A DNA stretch of 64,000 nucleotides, taken from contig DYFK01000008.1 of NCBI GenBank assembly GCA_020725265.1, forward strand, positions 616-64,615, read 5' to 3'. Both the position numbers and the translations under genes were made by a program. Under the pieces are notes generated by a model. That model ran no database searches. It was not told where the DNA came from and saw only the letters and a list, made by a program, of their open reading frames with translations. Source of the DNA: Hydrogenophilus sp. (GTDB lineage Bacteria; Pseudomonadota; Gammaproteobacteria; Burkholderiales; Thiobacillaceae). Shown in pieces: positions 28,874-38,040 of the stretch (its first letter is position 1; the number at the start of each line of letters is the position of its first letter).

Positions 28874-29543
28874 CGATTTTCGCGCCACGGTCCAGGGCCG
28901 TTTCGGCACGATCCTGGCCGATCCACCCTGGCAGTTCCAGAATCGCACCGGCAAGATGGCGCCGGAACACAAACGTCTGAACCGCTACGGCACCATGACG
29001 CTGGCGGACATCATGGCACTGCCGGTAGCCGAAGTCGCCGCTGATCCGGCGCATCTCTATCTCTGAGTACCCAACGCCTTGTTGCCCGAGGGGCTCGAAG
29101 TCATGCGCGCCTGGGGCTTCGAATACAAAACCAATCTGGTCTGGCACAAGATTCGCAAGGATGGCGGCCCGGATGGGCGGGGGGTTGGCTTCTATTTCCG
29201 GAACACCACGGAACTGGTGCTGTTCGGGGTGCGCGGCAAGAACGCGCGGACACTGGCGCCCGGCAGGCGGCAGGTCAACATCATCAAGAGCATGAAGCGC
29301 GAGCATTCGCGCAAGCCGGACGAACTCTACGAGATCATCGAGGCGTGCAGCGCCGGGGACTATCTCGAACTGTTCGCGCGCGGTACCCGTCCCGGCTGGA
29401 CCGGCTGGGGCAATCAGGCGGAAAACTACGCGCCGACTTGGCCAACCTACGTCAATCACAGTCAGTCCGTGCTGTTCCAGCCTCAAGCCGCTTATGCCTG
29501 CGACATCGAGAATGTCGCGACGGATACGGTCCAAGGACACTGA
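28860..29543 (+). pseudogene. MT-A70 family N6-adenine DNA methyltransferase interrupted by an in-frame TGA (29064-29066)
   Basis: DPPW motif (ILADPPWQF) lies upstream of the stop. WGFEYKT and EHSRKPDELYEIIE lie downstream in the same frame. The stop sits where LYLW is expected (TGG to TGA). Confidence 0.75.
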
Positions 29544-29563
29544 CGCCCGCCGAGGCAATTCCC

Positions 29564-30796
29564 TTACTCGTAACGCAGCGCCGCGATCGGCGTCAGGCGG
29601 GCGGCTTTGCGCGCCGGGTACCAGCCGAAGAAGATGCCGACGGCGCTGGCGGAGAGCACGGCCAGGAGTACGGCGTGGATTTGCGGGACCACCTGCCAGC
29701 CGGCGAAGTGGGCGAGTGCCTGGGAGCCGCCGAGGCCGAGGGCGACGCCGGCGAGGGCGCCGATCAGGGAGAGGATGACGGCTTCGGCGAGGAACTGGGT
29801 GAGGATGTCGCGCGGGCGGGCGCCGACCGCCATGCGGATGCCGATCTCGCGGGTGCGTTCGGTGACCGATACCAGCATGATGTTCATGATGCCGATGCCG
29901 CCGACCAGCAGCGAGACCGAGGCGACCGCCGCGAGCAGGCCGGAGAGCACGCGCGAGGCGGCCTGTTCGGCTTCGACCACTTCGGACAGGTTGCGGATGT
30001 TGAAGTCGTCGTCCTGGTCCGGTTGCAGGCGGTGGCGCTGGCGCAGCAGTTCGCGCACGCGTTCCTCGGCTTCCTTCATGTCGGCGCCGTCGCGCATCTT
30101 CACGGTGACCATGCCGACGGTGCGCAACCGTCCCTGTTGCTGGCCGAGGATGCGGCCGCGCGCGGTGGTGATCGGGATCAGGACGACGTCGTCCTGATCC
30201 TGGCCGGCGAAGTTCTGCCCTTTGCTTTCGAGCAGTCCGATGATGGTGAAGGGGACGTATTTGACGCGGATGATCTGGCCGGTCGGGTCGGTGCCGCCGA
30301 ACAGCATGTCGGCGACGGTCTGGCCGACCAGGGCGACCTTGGCGCCGCTTCGGAGGTCGTTTTCATCGAAATTGCGGCCGCGCGCCAGGGTCCATTCGCG
30401 CGCGGTCAGGTAGTCCGGGCTGACGCCGTAGATCACGGTCGACCAGTTCAGGTTGCCGTGGACGATCTGGCCGGTGCCGCGCAGGTGCGGGGCGGCGGCG
30501 AGCACGCCGGCGATTTCGTCGCGGATGGCATCGGCATCGTTCTCGGTGAGGGTGTTGCGGGTGCCGGCGCCCAGGCGCACGCCGCTGCTGGTGACGGTGC
30601 CCGGCATCACCAGCATGAGGTTGGAGCCGAGGCTCTTGAGCTGTTCGGCGACGCGCTGGCGGGCGCCTTCCCCAACCGCGAGCATGGTGATCACGGCGGC
30701 CACGCCGATGATGATGCCGAGCGCGGTGAGCGCGCTGCGCAGCAGGTTGGCGCGCAACGAGCGCAATGCCGAGCGGAGGGTGTCGAGCAGGTTCAT
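29564..30796 (-). CDS. MacB-like ABC transporter permease (FtsX/MacB periplasmic-domain type)
   Basis: N-terminus [25 protein letters not shown], a large periplasmic loop and a C-terminal 3-TM FtsX-like region. Overlaps the ATPase gene by 4 nt. Confidence 0.85.
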   Translation of the reverse strand: MNLLDTLRSALRSLRANLLRSALTALGIIIGVAAVITMLAVGEGARQRVAEQLKSLGSNLMLVMPGTVTSSGVRLGAGTRNTLTENDADAIRDEIAGVLAAAPHLRGTGQIVHGNLNWSTVIYGVSPDYLTAREWTLARGRNFDENDLRSGAKVALVGQTVADMLFGGTDPTGQIIRVKYVPFTIIGLLESKGQNFAGQDQDDVVLIPITTARGRILGQQQGRLRTVGMVTVKMRDGADMKEAEERVRELLRQRHRLQPDQDDDFNIRNLSEVVEAEQAASRVLSGLLAAVASVSLLVGGIGIMNIMLVSVTERTREIGIRMAVGARPRDILTQFLAEAVILSLIGALAGVALGLGGSQALAHFAGWQVVPQIHAVLLAVLSASAVGIFFGWYPARKAARLTPIAALRYE

Positions 30797-31485
30797 GGCC
30801 GCGGCGCCTGGCGGCGATCTTCGACCAGTTCGCCGTCGCGGAACACCAGCACCCGTTTCGCCCAGGCGGCGATGTCGGGTTCGTGGGTGACCAGGACGAT
30901 GGTGATGCCACTGTCGTTGAGTTCCCGGAACAACGCCATCAATTCCTCGCTGGTGTGGGTGTCGAGCGCGCCGGTGGGTTCGTCGGCCAGGATCAGCGGT
31001 GGTTCGTTGACCAGCGCGCGGGCGATGGCGACCCGTTGCTGCTGGCCGCCGGAGAGCTGCATGGGTCGGTGGCCGGCGCGGCCGGCCAGACCGACGCGCG
31101 CGAGCTTGTCGAGCGCGCGCCGGTGCCGTTCTGCGGCCGGCAGGTTGGCGTAGAGCAGGGGCAGTTCGACGTTTTCCTGGGCGCTTGCGCGCATCAGCAG
31201 GTTGAAGTTCTGGAACACGAAGCCCATGCGCGTGTTGCGGATGCGCGCCAGCCGGTCGGCATCGAGGCCGGTGACGTCCTCGCCGGCCAGGCGGTAGCGG
31301 CCGGCGCTGGGCACGTCCAGACAGCCGAGCAGGTTCATGAAGGTGGATTTGCCGGAACCGGACGGCCCCATGATGGCGACGAACTCGCCCTGTTCGATGG
31401 TCAGGCTGACGCCGCGCAGGGCGGGCACGTCGATGTCGCCGACCAGATAGTGGCGGGCGAGGTCGGCGACTTCGATCAGCGGCAT
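30793..31485 (-). CDS. ABC transporter ATP-binding protein (MacB/LolD type)
   Basis: Walker [10 protein letters not shown], signature [14 protein letters not shown] and Walker [12 protein letters not shown]. Start taken at MPLIEVADL. Confidence 0.9.
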   Translation of the reverse strand: MPLIEVADLARHYLVGDIDVPALRGVSLTIEQGEFVAIMGPSGSGKSTFMNLLGCLDVPSAGRYRLAGEDVTGLDADRLARIRNTRMGFVFQNFNLLMRASAQENVELPLLYANLPAAERHRRALDKLARVGLAGRAGHRPMQLSGGQQQRVAIARALVNEPPLILADEPTGALDTHTSEELMALFRELNDSGITIVLVTHEPDIAAWAKRVLVFRDGELVEDRRQAPRP

Positions 31486-31522
31486 GACGGTGGCGGGCGG
31501 GAGGGCGTCGGCCGGCGCGGCT

Positions 31523-32809
31523 TCACATGCCCATGCCGAACGGGCGGGCGGCGCGTTTCGGCGCGCCGGCTTCCTCGTTGCCCAGGATGATTTCCTGGCC
31601 GGCTTCGAGTTCGCCGCGCAGCATTTCGGTATGGCGGCCGTCGGACACGCCCAGACGCACGGAAACCGCTTCCGGCTGGCCATCCTTGAGCAGCCAGACG
31701 CGGCCGGGAATGCCGGGGCCGTCCTCGCGGCCGCGCACTTCCAGCTTGACCGGGCTGCCGTCCGGCTGGGTCGGCCGGAAACGCAGGGCCTCGTTCGGCA
31801 GTTTCAGGACGTCGCCGCGCTCCTCGGTGAGGATGCGCGCGCTCGCGGTCATGCCCGGCAGCAGCTTCAGCGCCGGGTTGTCGACCGTGGCCATGACGCT
31901 GTAGGTGACGACGTTGTTGGTGGTTTGCGGCGCCAACCGGATCTGGGTGACCTGGCCATCGAAGCGTTCGCCGGGAAAGGCGTCGACCGTGAAGCGCATC
32001 TTCTGGCCCGCGCGCACCCGGCCGACGTCGGCCTCGTCGACCGCGACGTTGACCTCCATCCGGCTCAGGTCGCGGGCGATGGTGAACAGCACCGGCGCCT
32101 GGAACGAGGCTGCGACGGTCTGGCCGACATCGGCGGCGCGGCCGATGACGACGCCATCGACCGGCGAGCGGATCACCGTGCGCGCCAGTTCCAGCCGGGC
32201 CTGGTCGAGCGCGGCCTGGCGCTGGCCGATGCCGGCCTGGGCGCTGGCGAGCTGGGCGCGGGCGACGCCGATGTCGAGTTCGGCGATGCGCGCCAGTTCC
32301 GTGGCGGTACCGGCGGCGGTTTCGGCGCTATCGAGTTCCGCGCTGGAAATGAAGCCCTGCGCGACCAGGCCGCGCTTGCGTTCCAGGTTGCGCCGGCTTT
32401 CCGCCAGCGCCAGATTGGCCCGGCTGGCGTCGGCCTGGCGGGCCAGCAGGTTGCCGCGCGCCACTTCCGCCGCGTTCTCGGCGGCGCGCAGGTCGGCCTC
32501 GGCCTGGCGCACGCGCGATTCGAAGGTTTCCGGATCGATGCGGGCGATCACCTGGCCGCGTTTCACGGCGCTGTTGAAATCGGCGTGGATTTCCCGGATC
32601 AGGCCGGAAACCTGGGAGCCGACCTGCACCGTGACCAGCGCGTTCAGCGTGCCGCTGGCGGTGACGGCCGCCGACAGCGGGCCGCGTTCGAGCTGGGCGA
32701 GGCGGTAGCGGGGCGCGGGTTCGGTTTTCTTCCAGGGTTGCCACCAGACCAGGACGGCGGCGATGGCGACCGCCAGCAGGGCGGCGAGCCAGGTTTTCGT
32801 TTTCGGCAT
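31523..32809 (-). CDS. HlyD/MacA-family periplasmic adaptor (membrane fusion protein)
   Basis: N-terminal anchor [21 protein letters not shown], a coiled-coil hairpin region and a beta-barrel region. Upstream of the ABC genes. Confidence 0.85.
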   Translation of the reverse strand: MPKTKTWLAALLAVAIAAVLVWWQPWKKTEPAPRYRLAQLERGPLSAAVTASGTLNALVTVQVGSQVSGLIREIHADFNSAVKRGQVIARIDPETFESRVRQAEADLRAAENAAEVARGNLLARQADASRANLALAESRRNLERKRGLVAQGFISSAELDSAETAAGTATELARIAELDIGVARAQLASAQAGIGQRQAALDQARLELARTVIRSPVDGVVIGRAADVGQTVAASFQAPVLFTIARDLSRMEVNVAVDEADVGRVRAGQKMRFTVDAFPGERFDGQVTQIRLAPQTTNNVVTYSVMATVDNPALKLLPGMTASARILTEERGDVLKLPNEALRFRPTQPDGSPVKLEVRGREDGPGIPGRVWLLKDGQPEAVSVRLGVSDGRHTEMLRGELEAGQEIILGNEEAGAPKRAARPFGMGM

Positions 32810-32822
32810 GGGCGGGCGGGGG

Positions 32823-33638
32823 TCAAACGGTAGCGTCTGGGGCACCGAACAGGCGCGCGAGTTCCCGGCCTGGCTCATCCGCCCTCATGAACGCCTCGCC
32901 GACCAGAAAGCCATGCACGTCGCGCGCGCGCATCAGGGCGACATCGGCCTCGGTCAGGATGCCGCTTTCCGTGATCGGCAGGCGCTCCGGCCCGGCGGCG
33001 CGGATGCGCGGCAGCAGATCGAGCGTGGTTTGCAGCCGGGTTTCGAACGTGCGCAGGTTGCGGTTGTTGACGCCGATCAGCGGCGTGCGCAGGCGCAGCG
33101 CGAGTTCCAGTTCTTCGGCGTCGTGGCTTTCCACCAGCACCGCCATGCCCAGTTCCATGGCCAGGGCCTCCAGTTCGAGCATGCGGCCGAGATCGAGCGC
33201 GGCGACGATCAGCAGGATGCAGTCGGCGCCCATCGCGCGCGCCTCGTGGACCTGATAGGGGTCGATCATGAAATCCTTGCGCAGCACCGGCAGATCGCAG
33301 GCGTCGCGCGCCGCCTTCAGGTATTCCGGCGTGCCCTGGAAGTAGTCGCGGTCGGTCAGCACCGACAGGCAGGCGGCGCCACCGGCGGCGTAGCTGGCGG
33401 CGATCTCGCCGGGCCGGAAATCGGCGCGGATGACGCCCTTGCTCGGGCTGGCTTTCTTGATTTCGGCGATCACCGCCGGCCGGCCGGCGTCGATGCGGGC
33501 GCGCAGCGCGCCGACGAAATCGCGTGGCGGCGGCGCCCATTCGGCGGCCTCGCGCACGGCTTCCAGGGGTTCCACCTTCTTGGCGGCGGCGATTTCCCCG
33601 GCCTTGGTGGCGAGGATCTTTTGCAGGATGTCGGACAT
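32823..33638 (-). CDS. trpC: Indole-3-glycerol phosphate synthase
   Basis: [27 protein letters not shown] and ILLIVAAL are typical TrpC motifs. Confidence 0.9.
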   Translation of the reverse strand: MSDILQKILATKAGEIAAAKKVEPLEAVREAAEWAPPPRDFVGALRARIDAGRPAVIAEIKKASPSKGVIRADFRPGEIAASYAAGGAACLSVLTDRDYFQGTPEYLKAARDACDLPVLRKDFMIDPYQVHEARAMGADCILLIVAALDLGRMLELEALAMELGMAVLVESHDAEELELALRLRTPLIGVNNRNLRTFETRLQTTLDLLPRIRAAGPERLPITESGILTEADVALMRARDVHGFLVGEAFMRADEPGRELARLFGAPDATV

Positions 33639-33720
33639 GGGGGAGTGGGAGGTAGGGAGTAGGGAGTAGGGAGTAGGGAGTAGGGAGTAGGGAGTAGGGA
33701 GTAGGGAGTGGGGGATGTGG
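33639..33720. repeat. Tandem heptanucleotide array, 8 perfect TAGGGAG units (33653-33708) plus degenerate flanks
   Basis: Read directly from the sequence. One-armed, with no complementary arm nearby. G3-N4-G3 periodicity on the + strand. Abuts the trpC start codon. Confidence 0.95.
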
Positions 33721-33722
33721 GG

Positions 33723-34829
33723 TCAGGTTTCCTCGACGGGTACGCGCGGGGCCAGGGCGGTGAGCAGTTCGTAGGCGATGGTGCCGGCGGCGGCGGCGAC
33801 GCGTTCGACCGGCAGGCCGGCGCCCCAGAGCGTGACCGGGCTGCCGACGTGGGCATTGGGGATCGGCGAGAGGTCGACCGCGAGCATGTCCATCGATACC
33901 CGGCCGAGCGTGCGGGTGAGGCGGCCGTCGACCAGGATCGGCGTGCCGGTGCCGGCGTGGCGCGGATAGCCGTCGGCGTAACCACAGGCGACCACGCCCA
34001 CCTGGATGTCGCGCTCGGCGACGAAGGCCGGGCCGTAGCCGACGCCCTCGCCCTTGCGCGTGAACTGGGTGGCGATCAGGCGGCTTTCCAGGGTCATCGT
34101 CGGCAGCAGGCCGAGGCTCTCGCCATCCTCGCCGGCGAACGGCGAGGCGCCATAGAGCATGATGCCTGGCCGTGCCCAGTCGCCATGCGCCGCCGGATGG
34201 CGCAGCAGGGCGGCGGAATTGGCCAGACTGGTCGGCAGGTCGAGGCCATCGGTGGCGGCGTGGAAGCGTTCGAGCTGGCGCTCGACGCCATCGCCGGTTT
34301 CGTCGGCGGCGGCGAAATGGGTCATCAGCGTGATCGCGCCGACGTGCCCGCAAGCACGCAGCAGCGTCAGCGTCTCGGTCAGCCGCTTGGGCGGCAGGCC
34401 CAGCCGGTTCATGCCGGTATTGAGTTTGACGAATACGTCGACCCGGTGCGGCAGCCGCGCGCGCGTCAGGATTTCCGCCTGATCGGCGCGGTGGATGACC
34501 GGGCGCAGGCGCAGGCGGGCGATCTCCGGCAACTCGTCGGGATGGAAGAAGCCTTCCAGCAGGACGATCGGATGGGTGTAGCCCTCGGCGCGCAACAGCG
34601 CCGCCTCGTCCAGGCTGAGCACCGCGAAACCGTCGGCGCCGCGCAACGCCCGCGCCGCCCGCGCCAAGCCATGGCCGTAGGCGTTGGCCTTGACCACCGC
34701 GAGCAGCCGGACGCCGGGCGCGGCCTGGCGCGCCAGCGCCAGATTGTGCGCGAGCGCGGCGGTGTCGACGCGGGCGACCAGCGGGCGCCGCGACAAACGG
34801 TGCGTCGCCGCCGGCTCAGTGCTCGCCAC
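33723..34829 (-). CDS. alr: Alanine racemase
   Basis: PLP-lysine motif AVVKANAYGHG and C-terminal YELLT. Downstream of dnaB, a common pairing. Confidence 0.9.
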   Translation of the reverse strand: MASTEPAATHRLSRRPLVARVDTAALAHNLALARQAAPGVRLLAVVKANAYGHGLARAARALRGADGFAVLSLDEAALLRAEGYTHPIVLLEGFFHPDELPEIARLRLRPVIHRADQAEILTRARLPHRVDVFVKLNTGMNRLGLPPKRLTETLTLLRACGHVGAITLMTHFAAADETGDGVERQLERFHAATDGLDLPTSLANSAALLRHPAAHGDWARPGIMLYGASPFAGEDGESLGLLPTMTLESRLIATQFTRKGEGVGYGPAFVAERDIQVGVVACGYADGYPRHAGTGTPILVDGRLTRTLGRVSMDMLAVDLSPIPNAHVGSPVTLWGAGLPVERVAAAAGTIAYELLTALAPRVPVEET

Positions 34830-36210
34830 CGTCCCAGCCCCCGCCGGCGAAGTTCTCGAAGCGTGTGTATTCGCCCAGGAAGGTCAGGCGCACGGTGCCG
34901 ATCGGACCGTTACGCTGCTTGCCGATGATGATCTCGGCGGTACCCTTGTCCGGGCTGTCCGGGTTGTAGACCTCGTCGCGGTAGATGAACAGGATGACGT
35001 CCGCGTCCTGCTCGATGGCGCCACTTTCGCGCAGATCCGACATCACCGGCCGCTTGTTCGGCCGTTGTTCCAGCGAGCGGTTCAACTGCGACAGCGCGAT
35101 CACCGGCACGTGCAGTTCCTTGGCCAGACCCTTGAGCGAGCGGGAGATGTCGGAGATTTCCGTGGCCCGGTTCTCGCCCTGGCCGTTGCCGGACATCAGT
35201 TGCAGGTAATCGATGACGATCAGGCCGAGCGGCCGGTCGTCCTGGCACTGGCGCGCCAGCCGGCGCGAGCGGGCGCGCACCTCCATGGCGGTCAGGCCGG
35301 GCGATTCGTCGATGTAGAACGGCGTCTCGTTGAGCCGGCCGAGCGCATGGGTCAGGCGCGGCCAGTCGTCCTCGCCGATGCGGCCGGTGCGCAGCTTGTG
35401 CTGGTCGAGCTTGCCGACCGAGCCGAGCATGCGCATGACCAGCTGCGCCGCGCCCATTTCCATGCTGAACACCGCCACGGTCAGGTTGGCGTCGAGCGCG
35501 ACGTTCTCGGCGATGTTCAGGCTGAAGGCGGTCTTGCCCATCGACGGCCGGCCGGCGACGATGACCAGATCGCCCGGTTGCAGGCCGGAAGTCTTGCCGT
35601 CGAGGTCGGAGAAACCGGTCGGCACGCCGGTGACCTCGCTCGGGTTGTCGCGGTTGTACAGCTCGTCGATGCGCGTCACCACTTCCATCAGCAGCGGCTG
35701 CACCGGCCGGAAACCCTGGGTGGTCTTGGCGCCGGCCTCCTTGATCTCGAACACCTTGGCTTCCGCCTCGTCGAGAATCTGGGTGGCCGAACGGCCGGCC
35801 GGGCTGAACGCCGATTCGGCGATCTGGGCGCCGACCTCGACCAGTTTGCGCAGCACCGCGCGCTCGCGCACGATCTCCGCGTAACGACGGATGTTGGCCG
35901 CCGACGGCGTGTTCTGCGCCAGTCCGGCCAGATAGGCCAGTCCGCCGGTGTCCTCGAGCTGACCATGCGATTCCAGCGTCTCGGCGACGGTGACCACGTC
36001 GGCCGGCTTGTTGGCATCGATCAGCCGGGTGATCTGGCGCCAGATCGCGCGATGGTCGGCGCGGTAGAAATCGTGCTCGTTGATCAGATCGGCGACCCGT
36101 TCCCAGGCGCTGTTGTCGAGCAGCAGCCCGCCGAGCACGGACTGCTCCGCCTCGACCGAGTGCGGCGGCAGCTTGAGAGCGGAAAGATCGGCGTCGAAGG
36201 GATTGGACAT
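34816..36210 (-). CDS. dnaB: Replicative DNA helicase DnaB
   Basis: PPHSVEAEQSVLGGLL N-terminus and Walker A GRPSMGKT. No intein. Start taken at the ATG at 36210; the ORF-track start at 36231 is TTG. Confidence 0.95.
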   Translation of the reverse strand: MSNPFDADLSALKLPPHSVEAEQSVLGGLLLDNSAWERVADLINEHDFYRADHRAIWRQITRLIDANKPADVVTVAETLESHGQLEDTGGLAYLAGLAQNTPSAANIRRYAEIVRERAVLRKLVEVGAQIAESAFSPAGRSATQILDEAEAKVFEIKEAGAKTTQGFRPVQPLLMEVVTRIDELYNRDNPSEVTGVPTGFSDLDGKTSGLQPGDLVIVAGRPSMGKTAFSLNIAENVALDANLTVAVFSMEMGAAQLVMRMLGSVGKLDQHKLRTGRIGEDDWPRLTHALGRLNETPFYIDESPGLTAMEVRARSRRLARQCQDDRPLGLIVIDYLQLMSGNGQGENRATEISDISRSLKGLAKELHVPVIALSQLNRSLEQRPNKRPVMSDLRESGAIEQDADVILFIYRDEVYNPDSPDKGTAEIIIGKQRNGPIGTVRLTFLGEYTRFENFAGGGWDGGEH

Positions 36211-36296
36211 GATGCGGACGGGCGGGGACAAGCAGCCGATTTTAGACGGGATCGCGGGGAAAAGCCCCTTGGGCCGGTGCCGCGCCAGGGCGGCTG

Positions 36297-36337
36297 GGAA
36301 AGAAAACGCGAAGGGCCGTCCTGGACGGCCCTTCGCG
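36297..36337 (-). terminator. Rho-independent terminator of the BNR/IPTL-CTERM gene
   Basis: 14-bp GC-rich stem (36307-36320 / 36324-36337) followed on the minus strand by GTTTTCTTT. Confidence 0.7.
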
Positions 36338-36355
36338 CGGTGACGGACGTGAAGG

Positions 36356-37912
36356 TCAGTCGCGCTTGCGTCGCAGCCGTTGGGCCGCGCCCGCGCCCAG
36401 AAGCAGGCCCAGGGTCAGCACTCCCCAGGTCGACAGTGTCGGTACCGGTACCGGCGCCGCCGCCGGGGCATCGCCGCTTCCCTCGCCGGTAAGCGAGACG
36501 ATGCGTGGATTGACGAACACGTTGGTCTGGATTTGCAGCTGACCCATGCGGGTACCGGCCGTGGTCGGCGTGAAGGTGACCGGAATCGTGCACGACTGAC
36601 CGACCGCGAGGGTGCCGACACAGGCGCCGCCGGCATGGGCGAAGTCGCCGGTGGCGGTGATGCCGGTGATCTGGACGTCGGCGCCGCCGGTGTTGGTGAT
36701 GATCACATCCTGCGCGGCGCTGGTGCTTCCGACCGCCTGGCTGCCGAAGGTCAGCGCGCTCAGGTTGAGTTCGGGCGTGTAGCAGTTGCCGAGTTCGCCG
36801 TTGTACACGTTCAGGTAGACCTCGCCACCGACCTGGTACAGGAACAGCACGTCGCCATTGGTCTGGTTGATGAAGACGTTGGCCGAGTTGGTGGCGGCGA
36901 CGGAAGTGGCGGCGCCGAAGGTGTCGCCCAGGTCGTTGCTGATCTGGAAGGTGACATTGCCACCGGAGACGTAACCGTCGACCACGTTGCCGCAGATGTC
37001 GGCGCTCAGTGAACGGCCCTGGGGCGCGCCGGAATCGATGGCGCCGAAGGTCAGGGTTTCCGAGGTGCCCGTGTCGAGGTTGATGCGCAGGGCCTCCTGA
37101 GACTGCGCGGCGGATGAGAAGTAGCCACCGGCGACGAAAAGATAACGGCCGGCCGAGCCGCTCGACAGCGCGCCCACCGAGTAATAGATGTCGCCACCCG
37201 GGTTGGGCAGGATCTGCGGGCCGAAGCTGGCGCCCTGGTTGGTGCTGACGTAGTACTTCACGGTCGGATTGTCGACCTGGACGATGACGTTGCCGTTGCT
37301 CGGGTCGACGTGCACGTCGGAGAACACCTGACTGGCGTTGATGGCCACCGGGCTGAAGGTCTGGCCGTGGTCGGCGCTGGCGTGGAAATTGTTCCCGCCC
37401 TGGTCGATCAGGTAGACCCGGCTGGCGTCGGTGGCCATGTGCACGGAGTTGCTGGCGACGCCGGCGGTGACCGGCGCCGCGAAGGTCTGGCCGCCGTCCA
37501 GGCTGCGGCTGACCAGGGCGTTGCCGCCGGATATCCAGGCAACATAGACGATGCCGCTGGAACTGACCGTGATCTCGGCTTCGGCATTGGTCGCGCTGAC
37601 CTGGACGCTGGCCTGGAAGGTCTGGCCGCGGTCGGTGCTGCGCGCCACCCGGATGCCGCCGCTGATGCTGTTGTAGACGCTGTAGATGGTGCCGTCGGCA
37701 CCCACCGCCAGGTTCCGGCTGGTATTGGCGCTGCCCAGGTTCTTGTCGGCCGAGGCGCCGTCGCTGACCTGGACGTTGCCATGGAGCAGGCCGGCCAGCG
37801 CCGGCAGGGGCGCGGTCAGCAGACCGGCCGCGAACAGGCCGGTGGCCAGGCGGCGACTGGTGGCGTGAAGTCCGTTTTCGAACAGGCTGGAGAGCAGGAG
37901 CATGATGTGCAT
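36356..37912 (-). CDS. Secreted BNR-repeat beta-propeller protein with choice-of-anchor-D-like domain and IPTL-CTERM sorting signal
   Basis: Five SxDxGxTF-type BNR motifs (STDRGQTF, SLDGGQTF, SADHGQTF, STNQGASF, SNDLGDTF). C-terminus VPTLSTWGVLTLGLLLGAGAAQRLRRKRD. RBS GAGGTGA precedes the ATG at 37912. Confidence 0.8.
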   Translation of the reverse strand: MHIMLLLSSLFENGLHATSRRLATGLFAAGLLTAPLPALAGLLHGNVQVSDGASADKNLGSANTSRNLAVGADGTIYSVYNSISGGIRVARSTDRGQTFQASVQVSATNAEAEITVSSSGIVYVAWISGGNALVSRSLDGGQTFAAPVTAGVASNSVHMATDASRVYLIDQGGNNFHASADHGQTFSPVAINASQVFSDVHVDPSNGNVIVQVDNPTVKYYVSTNQGASFGPQILPNPGGDIYYSVGALSSGSAGRYLFVAGGYFSSAAQSQEALRINLDTGTSETLTFGAIDSGAPQGRSLSADICGNVVDGYVSGGNVTFQISNDLGDTFGAATSVAATNSANVFINQTNGDVLFLYQVGGEVYLNVYNGELGNCYTPELNLSALTFGSQAVGSTSAAQDVIITNTGGADVQITGITATGDFAHAGGACVGTLAVGQSCTIPVTFTPTTAGTRMGQLQIQTNVFVNPRIVSLTGEGSGDAPAAAPVPVPTLSTWGVLTLGLLLGAGAAQRLRRKRD

Positions 37913-38040
37913 CGAGGTCACCTCGTTATCGGTTGCGTGAATTGTTCGATATTGAACCGGACGCGCGGTTGACGGCCCCACCCCGCCCGGCTGGCGGGCA
38001 AGTTTACCGGAAACCGGAGCCGGATGTCCGCGATGCGCGC

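Noticed and set aside
29064-29066. The in-frame TGA in the methyltransferase as selenocysteine or programmed read-through.
   Set aside because: The position corresponds to a conserved Trp, not a Cys or Sec site. I saw no SECIS-like hairpin directly downstream. TGA is used as a genuine stop by many genes in the window.
24850-29543. SNF2 helicase + nuclease + methyltransferase as a DISARM- or BREX-like defence island.
   Set aside because: The SNF2 gene is divergently transcribed and has host-like composition. It belongs to the widespread SWIM-SNF2 type. No DUF1998, PLD, PglZ or other hallmark genes are present. The R-M pair is compositionally distinct and apparently inactivated.
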